A DNA stretch of 63,923 bases, counting the filler, from Phoronis australis (taxonomy: Eukaryota > Animalia > Phoronida): assembly GCA_002633005.1 (NCBI GenBank). It is 11 parts of 11 records of this genome, joined end to end, with 100 filler letters (N's around TTAATTAATTAA, not from the genome) between each part and the next. Parts side by side here need not be neighbours in the genome. Positions count along the whole stretch, not along the records: positions 35,342 to 42,117 come from NMRA01002115.1; positions 42,218 to 45,660 come from NMRA01003018.1; positions 45,761 to 48,390 come from NMRA01003539.1; positions 48,491 to 51,258 come from NMRA01003437.1; 7 more parts are not named here. One strand, given 5' to 3'. Of this stretch, positions 37,308 to 50,260 are shown in pieces. Position numbers and translations under genes: made by a program. The notes beneath the pieces were generated by a model. It saw only the letters and a list, made by a program, of their open reading frames with translations. It made no database searches and was not told where the DNA came from. Positions within the stretch are counted from its first letter, which is position 1. Each line of letters opens with the position of its first letter.

Positions 37308-37869
37308 GTCTTTTTTACATTCACATTTATTTACTTAATGAAGATGAGTCTGGTTTACATATATATTGAGCGTGTATTGATTGTTGATCTTGGGGCGTTC
37401 CTTTGCCCTGCTTTAGTTGAATATTGGCAGATGTAGGCAGTAAAGGTGAGAAATAACTCTTTGTGTAATTACTGAGTGGCACTCTTAGAATTGAAATCAT
37501 GGTGTAACCAGTTCAAGTGCCAGTAAGTTGAACATCTGTGAAAAGGAAGTTAAAATGTGAATCTGTATACTTTTTAGATTTAATTATTTGGCTTTCACGA
37601 TTTTTACTTTGATGTGAGTACAGTTCATTTTAAGCCTTGCACAATGTATGTTATTACTGGATCACAAAGTGTTGGCCAGGATATTCCTCAATGTTGGTTT
37701 TAACTTGATATTCCTCACAGCAAATGGCTTCACATATGCTAGCTATACAAACTAAATCCAGTTCACCTCCCTGCCAAGCATTTTGCAAAGTGAGGTTTGT
37801 AATAAGTGTCTGGCTTAATGTGATAATTATAAAATACATTAGGCATAAATTAGTCTCGTCATCTTGCAG

Positions 37870-38057
37870 GCTCTGGTCAAAGAAACCATGAGCAAGTATC
37901 ACAGGACATTACGGTCTCGTCAATTGGATAGACTGCTCAGCAAGAGGTCATCGCAGCTTCCCCTGTGGTTGACCGTAGCTTGCGAGCAGCTCCATGCTTT
38001 GGAAGATTTCCGACTTGTCGACGAAAAGATTGATAGCTTTCCTGATGATTTGCTTGA
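37870..38057 (+). CDS. NACHT protein exon (ALVKETMSKYHRTL...PLWLTVACEQL...IDSFPDDLL)
   Basis: 188 nt; TTGCAG acceptor, GTAAGT donor; PLxLxxACExL helical-domain motif; in phase. Confidence 0.88.
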
Positions 38058-38837
38058 GTAAGTATGGACTAGCCTTTAAAAGTGAACAATATTTACATTA
38101 ATTATTGTTTTATTAGAATACGACATCTCATATTGCTCTTGTTTGTGGGAGTTGAAATCTCGTTTGTTCTTGAGATGACACTTAAGAGAGATGAACATCC
38201 ACAATGGTTAAAGTTTGTTTATGATCATCATGGTATTAATAAAATTACCATTGATTACAGAAAAGCTTAATGATATGTTAAAAACCAAGTATGAAGAGAT
38301 AAATATTCATAATGCAACTATGATTCTGCCTTTTACAAATTGAAACTTTCCAATTCTTGTTTTAGACAATTTACTGTAACCAGTCTAAACTTGTTTCTTA
38401 CTCCCATCAGAAGTGTTCACGTGGCTTGTCAAGTACTGACAGTTTGTTATGGCTTTAAAAAATTTGTTTTGTGTATAATGACCCACCAGGTCTAGCAGAC
38501 TTATCGATCCTGGGTTTGTTTCCTGAAAAGTAACCCAAGACCTAAGTCAGACATTCCGTGTTACTCTCCTCACAACTATTTCTGGAAAATAATTTCATTT
38601 CACCTCAGCAAAAGTACGGGAAAAATTGTTCACCCATCATTGTTAGTTGTTCAGATGATTTTCTTAAGTTATTTCTAAACTGTCGTGCTAATTATTCGGT
38701 AAACTGAATTGGAAGCGTAGTTCAGAATGTATGACTTGAGTCTTTGAAACAAACCCCAGGTGTTGAGCACTAATCAATGTGTGATACTATTTGGTTTCCA
38801 ATACTTCAGAAAAAATGCACCTTCTCATTGTTTGCAG

Positions 38838-39007
38838 CATGCTTGAGTATGTCTTGGAAGAATACGAACATAAACCATGTGGTGACTTAGTGATGGGCAC
38901 CTTGTGTCTTTTGGAAGCTTCCTCAGCCGGCCTGTTGGAGTCAGAACTCCTTGCCATTATAGGTCATGACACAGGGCTGTTGCCCCCAGCCCCATTTGAT
39001 GAGAAAG
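38838..39007 (+). CDS. NACHT protein exon (MLEYVLEEYE...LEASSAGLLESELLAII...PFDEK)
   Basis: 170 nt; TTGCAG acceptor, GTTTGT donor; SxxGLxExEL winged-helix motif; in phase. Confidence 0.88.
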
Positions 39008-39809
39008 GTTTGTATTATCAATAATTTTTGTCTTTCTTTGGGCTTGTTATCAGGTAGTTGGGATTTTCATTCCTCAATTTATGGTGTTTTAATGGCTTCA
39101 TTTATGGTAAAAATTCTCGAGTTTTGGACAGTGGAAAATTTATTATTTTGCTCAAGGTTGGAGCTTGTCTTAAAGTCTTGAAATAGGCTAATAGTCACCT
39201 CACATTCAAGAATTACCGGAGATGGCAAAATTATTCACTCTGTAACTTGAAAAACACATTGTCCGAAATTTGAGAATTATTGTGAATGTCAAAATTCCCG
39301 TGTCCCAAATTCCAGATACTAGAAAATTCAATTTTTGTAGGAATTTCCGTGTCCCAAGTTCCATAATGTTCGAAGGTTTCAACTCGTTTTTTTAGCTATA
39401 TCTCATTTTTGCCATAAGTTTTTTACTTTTAATTGTAGAAACCCTTAAAGTGGCATTAACTGACAGTTATCAAATTGGTTTCAAATTGTTCCTTTGTCAA
39501 ATTGGAGATGATTCGAGGACTTTGAAGGAATTGACCGTTCTTTGTTGCTGGAGACCTGGCTTTACGAGTTGGTGGGTCATTTTGTGTACGGAGCATGGTC
39601 TCTAGGAATAACGAATTGTCAGTTCTTTGCAATCCCAAGAATCACTTCTTATCTGAGTAAGGAACAAGTTGAGACCAATTTTATAACAGCGAGTGGTTTA
39701 AATCAAAAGTTTGGTTTTTAGACAAACTGCGCGTTTATTGTCACTTAAATCTTTTGTTGAGGATTTTCAGTAAGGTGTTATAATAATTGGTGATGATGAT
39801 GTGTTCTAG

Positions 39810-39975
39810 AGGAGAAAGAGTGCTCAGAAAAGGAGAAGAAACAAGATTGTATGCCTGGTGAAAAATGGTCACGTGTCTTCAGACTGTTGAGACCATTTCT
39901 GCGACCGTACGGGGATAGTCGTGAGGGTCGACTTGATTTTTATCATCGTGCCATGAGTAAAGCAGTGAGGCGCAG
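39810..39975 (+). CDS. NACHT protein exon (EEKECSE...WSRVFRLLRPFL...LDFYHRAMSKAVRRR)
   Basis: 166 nt; TTCTAG acceptor, GTATAG donor; FxHxxxxxAVxxRY motif; in phase. Confidence 0.88.
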
Positions 39976-40744
39976 GTATAGTTTGGGTTCATTTGATGAC
40001 AATTTGTGCAGTATTTGGTCTATGAAAATCTCCATTGAATGCAGTTTGTGAATTTAAAAGTTAAAAGTTGACAGCATGAGTTTTAGTTATAACAAAAGCT
40101 TTTGAATTTTTCAAAATTAGAATGTCATTCAGTAATCCGATCAAGTCAAGTCACCATCTTCAAACAAGCATAAAATCTGCTGACTGCAAAAGCAATCAAT
40201 GAACTATTCTGTGTCCATTAGTTTATGAAAAGTTATGCATGATAAGAGGTAATCTGCAATTAATCAATAATTAAAGGCTTACAAAATGTATTTTAATCTT
40301 TTTGGCAGACTTTGGAGTATGAAAACTTTCCAAAAGTTGATTTTTTTGTCCGATAGATGATTTAAACATTAATTAAATTTTAGTTTGCATGCCCTCCTTC
40401 CAGAATAGTTCTTGAATGTTTTTTGTAAATATTTGGTAATTGTGGACAAATTGTTATCTACCTTGAATTTGTCTTTATTTTGAGTCTTAAGTGCCAAAAC
40501 GGGTTCTCAAAAATGACGCTCTCTGTCTCTTTGATTAAAAAAATGAAGCATGAAACAGGAAACTGCAACGTGCAAGATGTTAAATAAATGACCATGGGGA
40601 TTTTGTTTTGGAAACAAATTGATCTTACATAGCACAAGTTTAAGTAAATTACATTACCAGAACTGGCATGCTACAAATTGACCTCTGCCAACCTATAAAA
40701 CAATGTGCAAAATATTGAAATATAACGTTTTGCACTTCTGTCAG

Positions 40745-40991
40745 GTATTTCTACGCCGACAAAGAGGCTGAGTGTGAACTGCGTCAGACGGCTCATGGCT
40801 GGTGGCACAAAAAACTCGCCGACTACTTTGAAACAGTGACGAACATTGATCGATTCGTTGAAGAGTACCCGTATCAGTTGTCAGAGATCAATGATACGAC
40901 GCGTCTGTCACGCTGTTTGTGCAACTGGCATTTAGTCAACAAGCTGTACCATGAGGAGTTCAGCTCACTGCTTTTAAAATATTGGAGAAAG
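40745..40991 (+). CDS. NACHT protein exon (YFYADKE...WHKKLADYF...RFVEEYPYQL...LLKYWRK)
   Basis: 247 nt; GTCAG acceptor, GTGCGG donor; HxxLADYF and RxxEExPxQL motifs; read from sequence and absent from the ORF track. Confidence 0.88.
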
Positions 40992-41887
40992 GTGCGGTAG
41001 TGTTGTCATGTTTCAATATCAGTTATTAGAACTTGGACCGTCAACTCTGTTTATTCTCAATGAACAAAATCTGTGGTGTTACGAACAAGGCACGACCAAT
41101 ACTATTGGTCGAGATGTAACTATTGACTAGTGTTAGTCACACTTCTGGCAAGTAAGACGTCTGCTCACTAACATGAAATTGGTGCCACTTCTGGGAATTC
41201 CATTTGATAAGATCAGAATTGCGAATTTGTTGTCTATGATCCAATGTAAGTTTCAAATACCTAACTCTTGAGTGTTCCACAGAACAAAGTATCATCCAGT
41301 TTAATATCATTTAGCTTGTCTGGCTTGGTACTTTGGTCAATACTAGATGTTACTTTTTAGTTGTAAGCTAATAGACTGTATCTTTGTTAGTTTGTTTGTT
41401 CCTCAGTTTTCTTTCTTTCTGTCTATGCTTTTTCTTCTCAGATTTCGTGACTCTGTCATTCACATTACTTCTGTATGATTCATTGATTTTTTTTCATAAT
41501 TAATATTCATAACTCTCTTAGTAGAGCCATTGTAGAATCATTTTTAATGAAGATGAAATAAGATTTCTGTCAACCAGAGCTTGAATGAGTGCAGGGCCCT
41601 TAACATAAGCACAAGCTTCTTTACCCTCAGATCCAGGAGTGGACTAAATGTCTCCTTACTACAAAATATTAGCACTCCCCAGAAATCAGGTGAACTTCGC
41701 ATTCACTCTGGTCCTTGAATTTTCCACTACGAGTACCGAGCTTTGAGGAGTGAGAAATGCACTTTTAGCAATGCCAGAGTGTCTGCCATTATTAACACCA
41801 GGATTTGAACCTGGGTATCTGAAGCTGAAGCCACTGAACCATGTTGTCCTTGCAGTGCTTTATTCAATGTGAGCAATATCTTCATAG

Positions 41888-42003
41888 GCTGGTGGTGCAG
41901 ACCAGATGGTAAGTTGCTACATGAATGTACTCAGTGACCTGGAAACAGAGGGCGCCACTGAGGAAGAAATCACCAGGCGGCATGAGCAGATTGCCAGACT
42001 GTT
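41888..42003 (+). CDS. NACHT protein exon (AGGADQMVSCYMNVLSDLE...HEQIARL); gene truncated by spacer
   Basis: 116 nt; TCATAG acceptor, GTAAGT donor; open in the expected phase 0. Confidence 0.8.
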
Positions 42004-44044
42004 GTAAGTAATGGGGAAATGGTTGAAATATGCCGTTGTTTTTTATAGAACGTGAGTTACAAGATGTCCCAAAAATGATTACTAGAGGTTTGTAGTACTG
42101 GATGGTTTGAAATAGTCNNNNNNNNNNNNNNNNNNNNNNNNNNNNNNNNNNNNNNNNNNNNTTAATTAATTAANNNNNNNNNNNNNNNNNNNNNNNNNNN
42201 NNNNNNNNNNNNNNNNNAGTATGCCCTCTACTGGCCAATTTATGGTACCAATAAACAACCCTAGAAGGATACCGTATGCGGTGCAATTGTGGGTGCATTT
42301 CAACGCTCCGCGTTGCTCTTGTTGAATTTCATGTTGAACATTTGTGGGCTTCAAGCATGGAAATCATTTGTGATTCAAATAATACATGGCTGAATTTATT
42401 CAATAGGTGGTGTTTGACTGAAGATGCAAGTTTATTGCTCATTTATAAGAATCATTTTATGAATGTGTATTGATATGTTAGTTGTAAAATGTTTTAAAAG
42501 TTGTTATAGCGAAGCCGCACATCACTAGTTTATATCCTGATGGTGCTGTGATGTGCCATGAGGGACGTGACTGTTTGCTGTTGAGTATCAAGGGGGTTTG
42601 TGTCCCCGCCGTATCATAACATCACAAATGTTAGGTCAACCTTCATTTTCATATTTTCCAAATTAGTGGTTGGTTCTATATTGATGGTGGATGACAATGC
42701 ATAGGATTTTCCAATACATTCTACGGTTTGTTTTATAACTTGAGGAAGCGAGGATTATGTAGATGCAAGTTTGAGGCCAAACTGTTATAAAAGGGCATTG
42801 TGTGAAATTTTCAGTGACTATGTAGTAGGGATCTAAACGTTATATTGTGTGTTGCTGCGGCGGATCAGAAGTGATCAATTTCGAAGTTACATAAACAACT
42901 GCTGTGAGACACTTCTGGACATCAAAAATGCCTTGATTTTGAGTTAACACAATTTACTGAAATTGTAAATCATGAGTGTAGTTTAATTAACTAGCTGATT
43001 TTTAAAAGTTGTAAAAGAATTTTGTTATTTTGTTCTTATTGCTGGTAATGGTTGTGAATAACTGTACTTAAAATGCCGCCCATTTTATTGTGAACAGTTT
43101 CCTTGAAAAAATTCTGTAATTAATTTAATATTTTGTTGTTTGTTCAGAATTAATGTTCTTTGCTGTGTGATTCATAGTATTTCATAAACCCCAATTTTTC
43201 ATTTTTCTCTTTTCACTAATTTCAGGAATTTGTTTTGTTAAAGCTGCTTTTCTCTATTAAACCATCACTTTAAACATATTTTGCATTTTTAACCGAAAAA
43301 TCAAAATGAATTGCTGATCTATGTTGTTCTCACAGGAAATGGTCATTGTTTTATCGTGTGACTGGCCGATTTTTGAACGGAAATCCCTGCATGCCATTTT
43401 GAATTGCAGGGTTGTCCAACCCCAATAAAATTTTAATTTAACGATTTTTCAACAAGTTTCATGACCTGTTGAGGGTTTTTGTGTACCTCTTGGTAACAGA
43501 AAACAAGTCCAGTATTGGTAAGGGGAATTTTGAGGCAAATTTCATAGGAGTAAAAGGCATAATTTGAGTTTCGTTTTTATCTAGCTAAATAACAGTAAAA
43601 TGCAAGGCTTTGAGTGGCACAAAATCTTATTGGGTTCGTCATTGATTTGCATCTAATGGTGTAATCGGTGATCTTCATCGTTTTGGTCATTCCTGTAATG
43701 AATGGCATGCTTTGTCCTGAATCTTGTTTGAGGAATTTGCTCATTTATCATCTCTGTGGTCTATTATATGCTTTTAAGTGTGTGTGATAATTGTTTATTG
43801 TTTCTTCAGTCTATTGTGCAAATAAAATTTTCTGTTCTTTTTACAACTCTCTAGTTAGTTTTGCTGAGGCATATATTTGAATTTTTGAACTGTTGGTCAA
43901 TTGTAGCTATGTGTTGAAATTATGAGAACTTGCATGGATACAATTTAAATCCAAAACCTATCTTGATAAAATTTGTTAGCATCTATAAACCATGTTCACA
44001 TTAAAAACATCAACTGTCATCACAAGTGCATTGTGATGTAAGCT

Positions 44045-44490
44045 AGAATCAATGCACACACGCATATTTGTGATAAAGGGTAGAATGCACACACGCATAT
44101 TTGTGATATAGGGTAGAATGCACACACGCATATTTGTGATATAGGGTAGAATGCACACATGCATATTTGTGATATAGGATAGAATGCACACACGCATATT
44201 TGTGATATAGGATAGAATGCACACACGCATATTTGTGATATAGGATAGAATGCACACACGCATATTTGTGATATAGGATAGAATGCACACACGCATATTT
44301 GTGATATAGGATAGAATGCACACACGCATATTTGTGATATAGGATAGAATGCACACACGCATATTTGTGATATAGGGTAGGATGTACACACGCATACTTG
44401 TGATATAGGGTAGGATGTACACACGCATATTATAGGGTAGAATGCACACACGCATATTTATGATATAGGGTAGATTGCATACACGCATAT
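44045..44490. repeat. 33-bp minisatellite, about 13 copies (TAGAATGCACACACGCATATTTGTGATATAGGR)
   Basis: 33-nt period (e.g. 44081, 44114); produces the 11-aa repeat ORFs in the track. Confidence 0.97.
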
Positions 44491-45941
44491 AAATTTGTGC
44501 CATGTAAAGGACATGCCACAGCTTCACCACTCCAGTCTGCCTGAAGTCAAATCAGTGGGGTGGGTGGGCAATCCAGCAAAACATATGTCTATTTGCAAAC
44601 CTCCACACATACAACAGGGTTTGGAATTTTCCTCTTTTAGGAGGATGCCCTCTTTTTTGGTTTACATTTCCTCTTATTTTGATTATCAGTTTCCCTTTTT
44701 TGTTTCTTTTTGTCTCTTTTTTGTCATTATGTATTTATTAACTGATCATTTATACTTGCTTCTCATTTATTTTTCATAAAATGTTGAAAATTAGCACAAT
44801 TGATTTATTTATTTATGATTGTAATATGTATTTCTTATTTCATCTATGAACACATTTCTTGTAGTAGTAATATTTGTGAACAAATATTCCCCGTCAAATG
44901 GTCGTGCCCAAAGTCACTGTTCTGCACAAATGTCGACCTGGTAGAACTCGTGTTTATCTGATAGATACGAATATGCGGCTTACATAGCTCTCGTAGCTCT
45001 GTTGTTCCTGGTTACAAGTACACTTCCGGTAGGCCTCCTTCAATTTCTGTGTAGGTCGGTCGTGTGTGCGGTCCCAGGTCTTTGTAACATTGTCTGTGTT
45101 TATGTGATAAATTAGCGAAGAAACGTCGGTCTCAATAGAGGATTTTTATCGAGGCACAGGTGACTAGCCCATGCCACGCTACCTTTGATATTTCAGTCGC
45201 ACATACACTTGTGTTACTGTTAGTGTTAGTGTTAAGTCAAACATTTCGTTTCAGCATGGTAAGATCACAGGCGGTCCTTTATTAGAGGCGATATGACACG
45301 GTGCTAGGGGAGAGGAAATTTCCAGAAAAATCTATTCCCCAAGCCAAGAAATGAACCTGAACAACCAGTCAGATACTCGAAATATTATCTAGCGTGCAGC
45401 GGTTTGGGGGGGTGCCTGAGACAATTTTTTTATTGGAATGTGCCCCCTCTACTAAAAGACAGGCACCCTGTAGTACTAACAAAAGTAAAACACACATTTT
45501 GAAAAAGTTTATTGTGATTGGATGCCCCCTGATGTGGATGCTCAGGCCGTCGGTCTGCATGCCACTGCTGGCCCGCCTAGTAAAGCGAGGTTCACATAGC
45601 CGGGTGGTGCAGCACTAAAACAGTGGGGTGGCTATCATGATAGCCCCGCCCCCCCCCCCCNNNNNNNNNNNNNNNNNNNNNNNNNNNNNNNNNNNNNNNN
45701 NNNNTTAATTAATTAANNNNNNNNNNNNNNNNNNNNNNNNNNNNNNNNNNNNNNNNNNNNGATGTGGCTATTTCCTGGGTGATCGATCAACAAGAAAGAC
45801 CACCCTTGTCTTTGACTCAGATATTAGGTTGTATGTCCACCTGGAGTCTACAGTAACCTGATTATGACTTCCCCACCACCTCGGTCACTATTTCACTTTT
45901 ATTGGTTTATGTCTCTTGTATATTATACCTGCCTCCTCCAG

Positions 45942-46173
45942 TGAGATGAACTTGGGTATCCAGCGCACGCAAGAACACTATGACTCCATGATGTTCAAGG
46001 AAGCACTCAAGACGGGCTTTTTTGAGTACCAGGCATCACGTGACCAGTACCGCGAGGTGACGCAGAATGACATGCACCGTGACCTCGTCTTCCGCTTCAT
46101 CGAGACACAATGCCTCCTACTGGCACCCATCTGCCCGCATTTATGCGAGCACATCTGGCAACTTTTGGATCAT
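45942..46173 (+). CDS. LARS1: Cytosolic leucyl-tRNA synthetase, anticodon-binding domain exon (EMNLGI...[15 protein letters not shown]...[20 protein letters not shown])
   Basis: 232 nt; CTCCAG acceptor, GTGAGT donor; motifs [13 protein letters not shown] and [15 protein letters not shown] are characteristic of eukaryotic cytosolic LeuRS. Confidence 0.95.
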
Positions 46174-46324
46174 GTGAGTACTTGTCATTGATGAAGCTAA
46201 TTGTTTGGATCATGTGAGTACTTGTCATTGGTGAAGCTAATTGTTTGGATCATGTGAGAACTTGTCATTGTGGAAGCTAATTGTTTGGATCATGTGAGTA
46301 CTTGTCATTGATGAAGCTAATTGT
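46165..46324 (+). repeat. 40-bp tandem repeat x4 overlapping the LARS exon/intron boundary
   Basis: Unit TTTGGATCATGTGAGTACTTGTCATTGATGAAGCTAATTG; donor-like GTGAG at 46174, 46214, 46254 and 46294. Confidence 0.97.
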
Positions 46325-47464
46325 CATAATGAGTCAGTTTGTCCTGTGCACTTAACGAGGATAGTTCTTTTTGGTGTTATTTCCATAATGCATACAAATC
46401 TCCACTTGACTTTACACCAATTACTAGTCGGTTCTTATTAGCTGTGACAATACATTGTTGGGGAAGGGATGTAGGTGGCATTACTGTTAGTAAGCCTGCC
46501 TCCAGTGTACAGGCATATTCATGCAAACCCGAAAACATGGTCTATTTCCTGACTATTGACTTCAATTCCTTTTTGGAAAGTCATGTCAGCCGCTAGGTGT
46601 CACTTCAGTGCTGCTTAGTTACTATGAACTCACAGCACCGCAGTATATGTGTAGTGAGGCTATAAATGTGTTGTCGTTTTTCAGAGGACATTGAATTAAA
46701 TGTTTAAGAGAATACTTAATGATGACATGAGCAATATCTGCTCTTGTTGAGGGTCCAGGATTCATGGCTAAGTTACTCCATGTCATTTCTTAGGCCAATC
46801 ACGAGTCAGATAGATCAGAGCTATGTAGTCTTTGCTTTCATACTAGACTAGGGTTACGGTTGCCTTTTCCCTTCTAAGAAATCCGAAACAAGATCCTGCA
46901 AGAAGACTGGCAGAGTTCAACTAAGCAAACATCCTTTAGTGCATTGAAAAGTGACTGTATTTACCAATTGCGTACAATGAAAAACTGTGTGCGTTTGGCT
47001 GTCAGGCTTAAGAATATATCCCAAATCATGATTGAACTTGAACTGTCTTTAGGTCATGGGTTTTTGTTCTCTGTGACTTTGGAATTCTTGACTCTGGCCT
47101 GATGTGTTTGGCTGGTGTTTTTTTGACTGGATGATGGTGTATTTTCGTATTTCACCCTTCATTTCATGTGACTTTCTTGGTATTTTCTGAAAAAATAGTC
47201 TTGCTGTTCATTATCCTTAAAGTGGTGTTATTGTACATCTATTTCATGTAACGGTTTGTTGCATATTGAAAGTTAGATTTTTGTTATATTATACTACAGT
47301 CATTCCACTGAAAAGGACATCCAGGCATTCTCTGTGTGTTTAATTATACTATAAACTTTTCATGATCAGTATTTGTGTGTATATAGTTCAGGTGTTTGTT
47401 TCTTGAAAAGTGATTTTTAAGTGACTGATAATATATATAGGCAATGTCCCTATTTGTTCCACAG

Positions 47465-47605
47465 AAAGAAAGCATCATGCATGCTAGCTGGCCCGTGATT
47501 GATAAGGTGGATGAATTGTTGGTGAAATCGTCACGCTATCTCATGGACTCGGCTCACGACTTCCGTCTGCGGTTCAAAGACTTCATGAAGCCCAACAAGT
47601 CAAAG
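47465..47605 (+). CDS. LARS1: Cytosolic leucyl-tRNA synthetase exon (KESIMHASWP...SSRYLMDSAHDFRLR...KSK)
   Basis: 141 nt; CCACAG acceptor, GTTAGT donor; SIMxASWP and YLMxxxHxxRLR motifs continue LeuRS in frame. Confidence 0.94.
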
Positions 47606-49699
47606 GTTAGTATGCAGCGGATAGTTAGTGAATGTTAAAACTAGACACTCCAAAGCCCGTCATCTCATGATGGATCAAGAAAATTGTGGATGGCGATAGG
47701 GAGGGTAGGCGGTGTCGGTGAAGCTGTGTGGTCAAAATGTTTTGAAAATGTTTAGGTTCTTGCCATAAATTCAAGAAAAATCTTAAGTGTCAGTCGTCGC
47801 TGGTCAGTACTCAATATCTAAGGTGCCACATTATAAATTAAGCTGCATTTTGCCCTGTGTAACTGTCATTTTAAACATATTTCGAGTTTTAAACCAAAGA
47901 GTAAAAACCAACTGCTCTGTTTGACATATTCACAGTAAATGATCATTGTGTCATGTGACTGACATATTTTTGAATGGAAGTCTTACATGCCATTTTTTAA
48001 CTTGAGAGTTAGTTAACCCCAATGACATTAATACTTTTACATGTTTCTTTTATCTCTTCAATGTTTGTATCTTCTTTATCGTGATAATAAAAGAAAGTGT
48101 TGAGACTGGCTTAATTAAATTTTTGTTTTTAGCTATTTAAACACACACACAGTGGCCAGCAGCCTTAATTAAATACCTGTAAAATACTGATAAAAAGCTT
48201 TGGTTTGTTATGCTAAGTAATTCAGGTAGTACATCAAGCATGTTCAGTAATTTGCATATTTAAGAGATGAGGTAATTGGTTCTCACCTCGTTTTGTGAAC
48301 ACTTTGGTGCACTGTGTGGTACATTATTTGGTGACTGGTACCACAGGTTTTTGTACGAAGAAATGATCTAAAATGTCTCCTCAATTTGATNNNNNNNNNN
48401 NNNNNNNNNNNNNNNNNNNNNNNNNNNNNNNNNNTTAATTAATTAANNNNNNNNNNNNNNNNNNNNNNNNNNNNNNNNNNNNNNNNNNNNATAAGTTTGA
48501 CTTCTCCGCGGTCCATGTTCCTTTTTACTATTATATAACAACCAAATTAATTGGTATTAGAAATTAAGTAGTCTAATTAATTAACTAATTAATTGACCGG
48601 TTAGTACATGAAGGATTTCATTATTACACTGTTTAATTTTGCATTGTATGTAACATTGTTGGTTTTTATCATTAAAAATATCAGATATGCAAAATATTAA
48701 TTATTTATGAATATTTTTCTTTTTCTTTTGGTTTTATCGTACACCATCAAGACTTCATTAAGAGCCATCTAATAATATTACTCTTACGCAGATCGACTCA
48801 AAAAAACGGCGGAGTTGCGCTACAATAAATAAGGTGACACTTTTTATGTTTGGCCTAGGGTTGAAATATATATTTGTTTGGCCTGGGTACACATTCTTGG
48901 TGTTCAAGTGCTTCTTGATCATGTGAACATAATGGTTAGAAAATTATAAACTCTTTTAAGAGTTTACAATTTTAAAAAAATGATTGTAATACATCCAAAT
49001 GGCTTTACGTTTCGTCGGTCAGCAAGGCAGCGATTGCCGGCTTCTCGAAAAATACGAAATTGCAAGCAGATGGACCTCGGGGTTTGACGATGTAAATTCC
49101 TCCCATAGCCCTTTATTCCACAGTAGCTAAGAAACAGCACCAGAACAAATGACTCATTGTAAGCAACTGCACGTATACTAATGAAACACTAAGGAAATTC
49201 CTCAAAAACAACAAATTTTCGGATATATCATAGGCGCATTAGCTTAAACAAGCACTAACACGACACTATAAATTTGTTACGTAAGTAAACTTAGCTTTCA
49301 TATCAACGAAGAGAAAAATCGAATTATATATTAAATTAAAGGAGAATTATGTGGCATAAGACTTAAAAACGCACGAGACCGAGTTCCGGATAGGAACAAC
49401 GAACGCGCGTCAAAATATCCGTCGAACAATGCCAGCATATTGTTCTCTAAACACGGACTCTGATCATTGTTAATAAGGAAATACAAAAGAAGTAAACCAC
49501 GCAACCCGTAAGGACAAAGACACGTAGTAACACTATTGAAAACAGTGTACTCCTTATTTAACTTTCAAAAATGGCCGCGATTCATCCTCCTCCTTCCAAT
49601 GAGCTTCTAATACGTATAATCATGGAAAGATTAGTAAATTATACATTGGGAACAAACTGACGTAACGAGCGTGCACTGGCGTAGGAAAGCATATTTGCC

Positions 49700-50260
49700 C
49701 AGCCCATTGCATCCCTTTTCTTTAATATCTCTTTTTCAATTCTGTCCTTTTATCTTCCCTTCGTCCTGATTAGATCCCATCATGCCCGGTTCCTTATCTT
49801 CAATTTCCCTTTATTCTAAATATCCGCTTGCACATTATGTCGTCCATTTATCATTAATGTCCTTAAGGTTGCTCTCATGTCCTCATTTATCTCAAATGTC
49901 CCTTTGCCCCGACATTATATCCCTTTAAGTTTAGTATCCCTTTGCCCATTATGTCCTTAATATATAATGTCCACACTTCTAGGATGTCTCTTTAATGTCT
50001 CTTTTAAATCCCTTTGTCTATTATTTCCCATCATTAAATGTCCCCTTAGAAATTATGCTTCTTTATCTTGAATGTCCCCTTGCCCATTATCTTTAATATC
50101 CCCTTGCCTATAATGTCCCATAATATTCAACACCCCTTGCCTATAATGTGCCTGTACCATTATTACTTGATATCATTTTGCCCCTTATGCCCCTTTATCC
50201 TTAATGTCCCTTCGCCCATTATATCCCTTTACCTTGAAAATTCCCTTGTCTATTAGACCC
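49700..50260. repeat. Degenerate pyrimidine-rich tandem repeat (ATRTCCC(C)TTGCCCATTAT-like units)
   Basis: Recurring TCCCTT, GCCCATTAT and TTTATC motifs over about 550 nt. Confidence 0.7.

Noticed and set aside
44045-44490. CRISPR-like array or Cys-rich repeat protein (ORFs 43976-44530, 44020-44451, 44049-44354)
   Set aside because: Units are head-to-tail with no unique spacers, the context is eukaryotic with no cas genes, and the ORFs arise because the 33-nt unit lacks stops on one strand.
5470-47605. Macoilin + NACHT NTPase + LeuRS as a functional gene cluster
   Set aside because: The genes lie on different pieces separated by artificial spacers, and two of them are truncated at those spacers.
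49005-49050. Penelope-type hammerhead-like CGAAACG motif on the minus strand
   Set aside because: No intact CTGANGA core and a weak stem.
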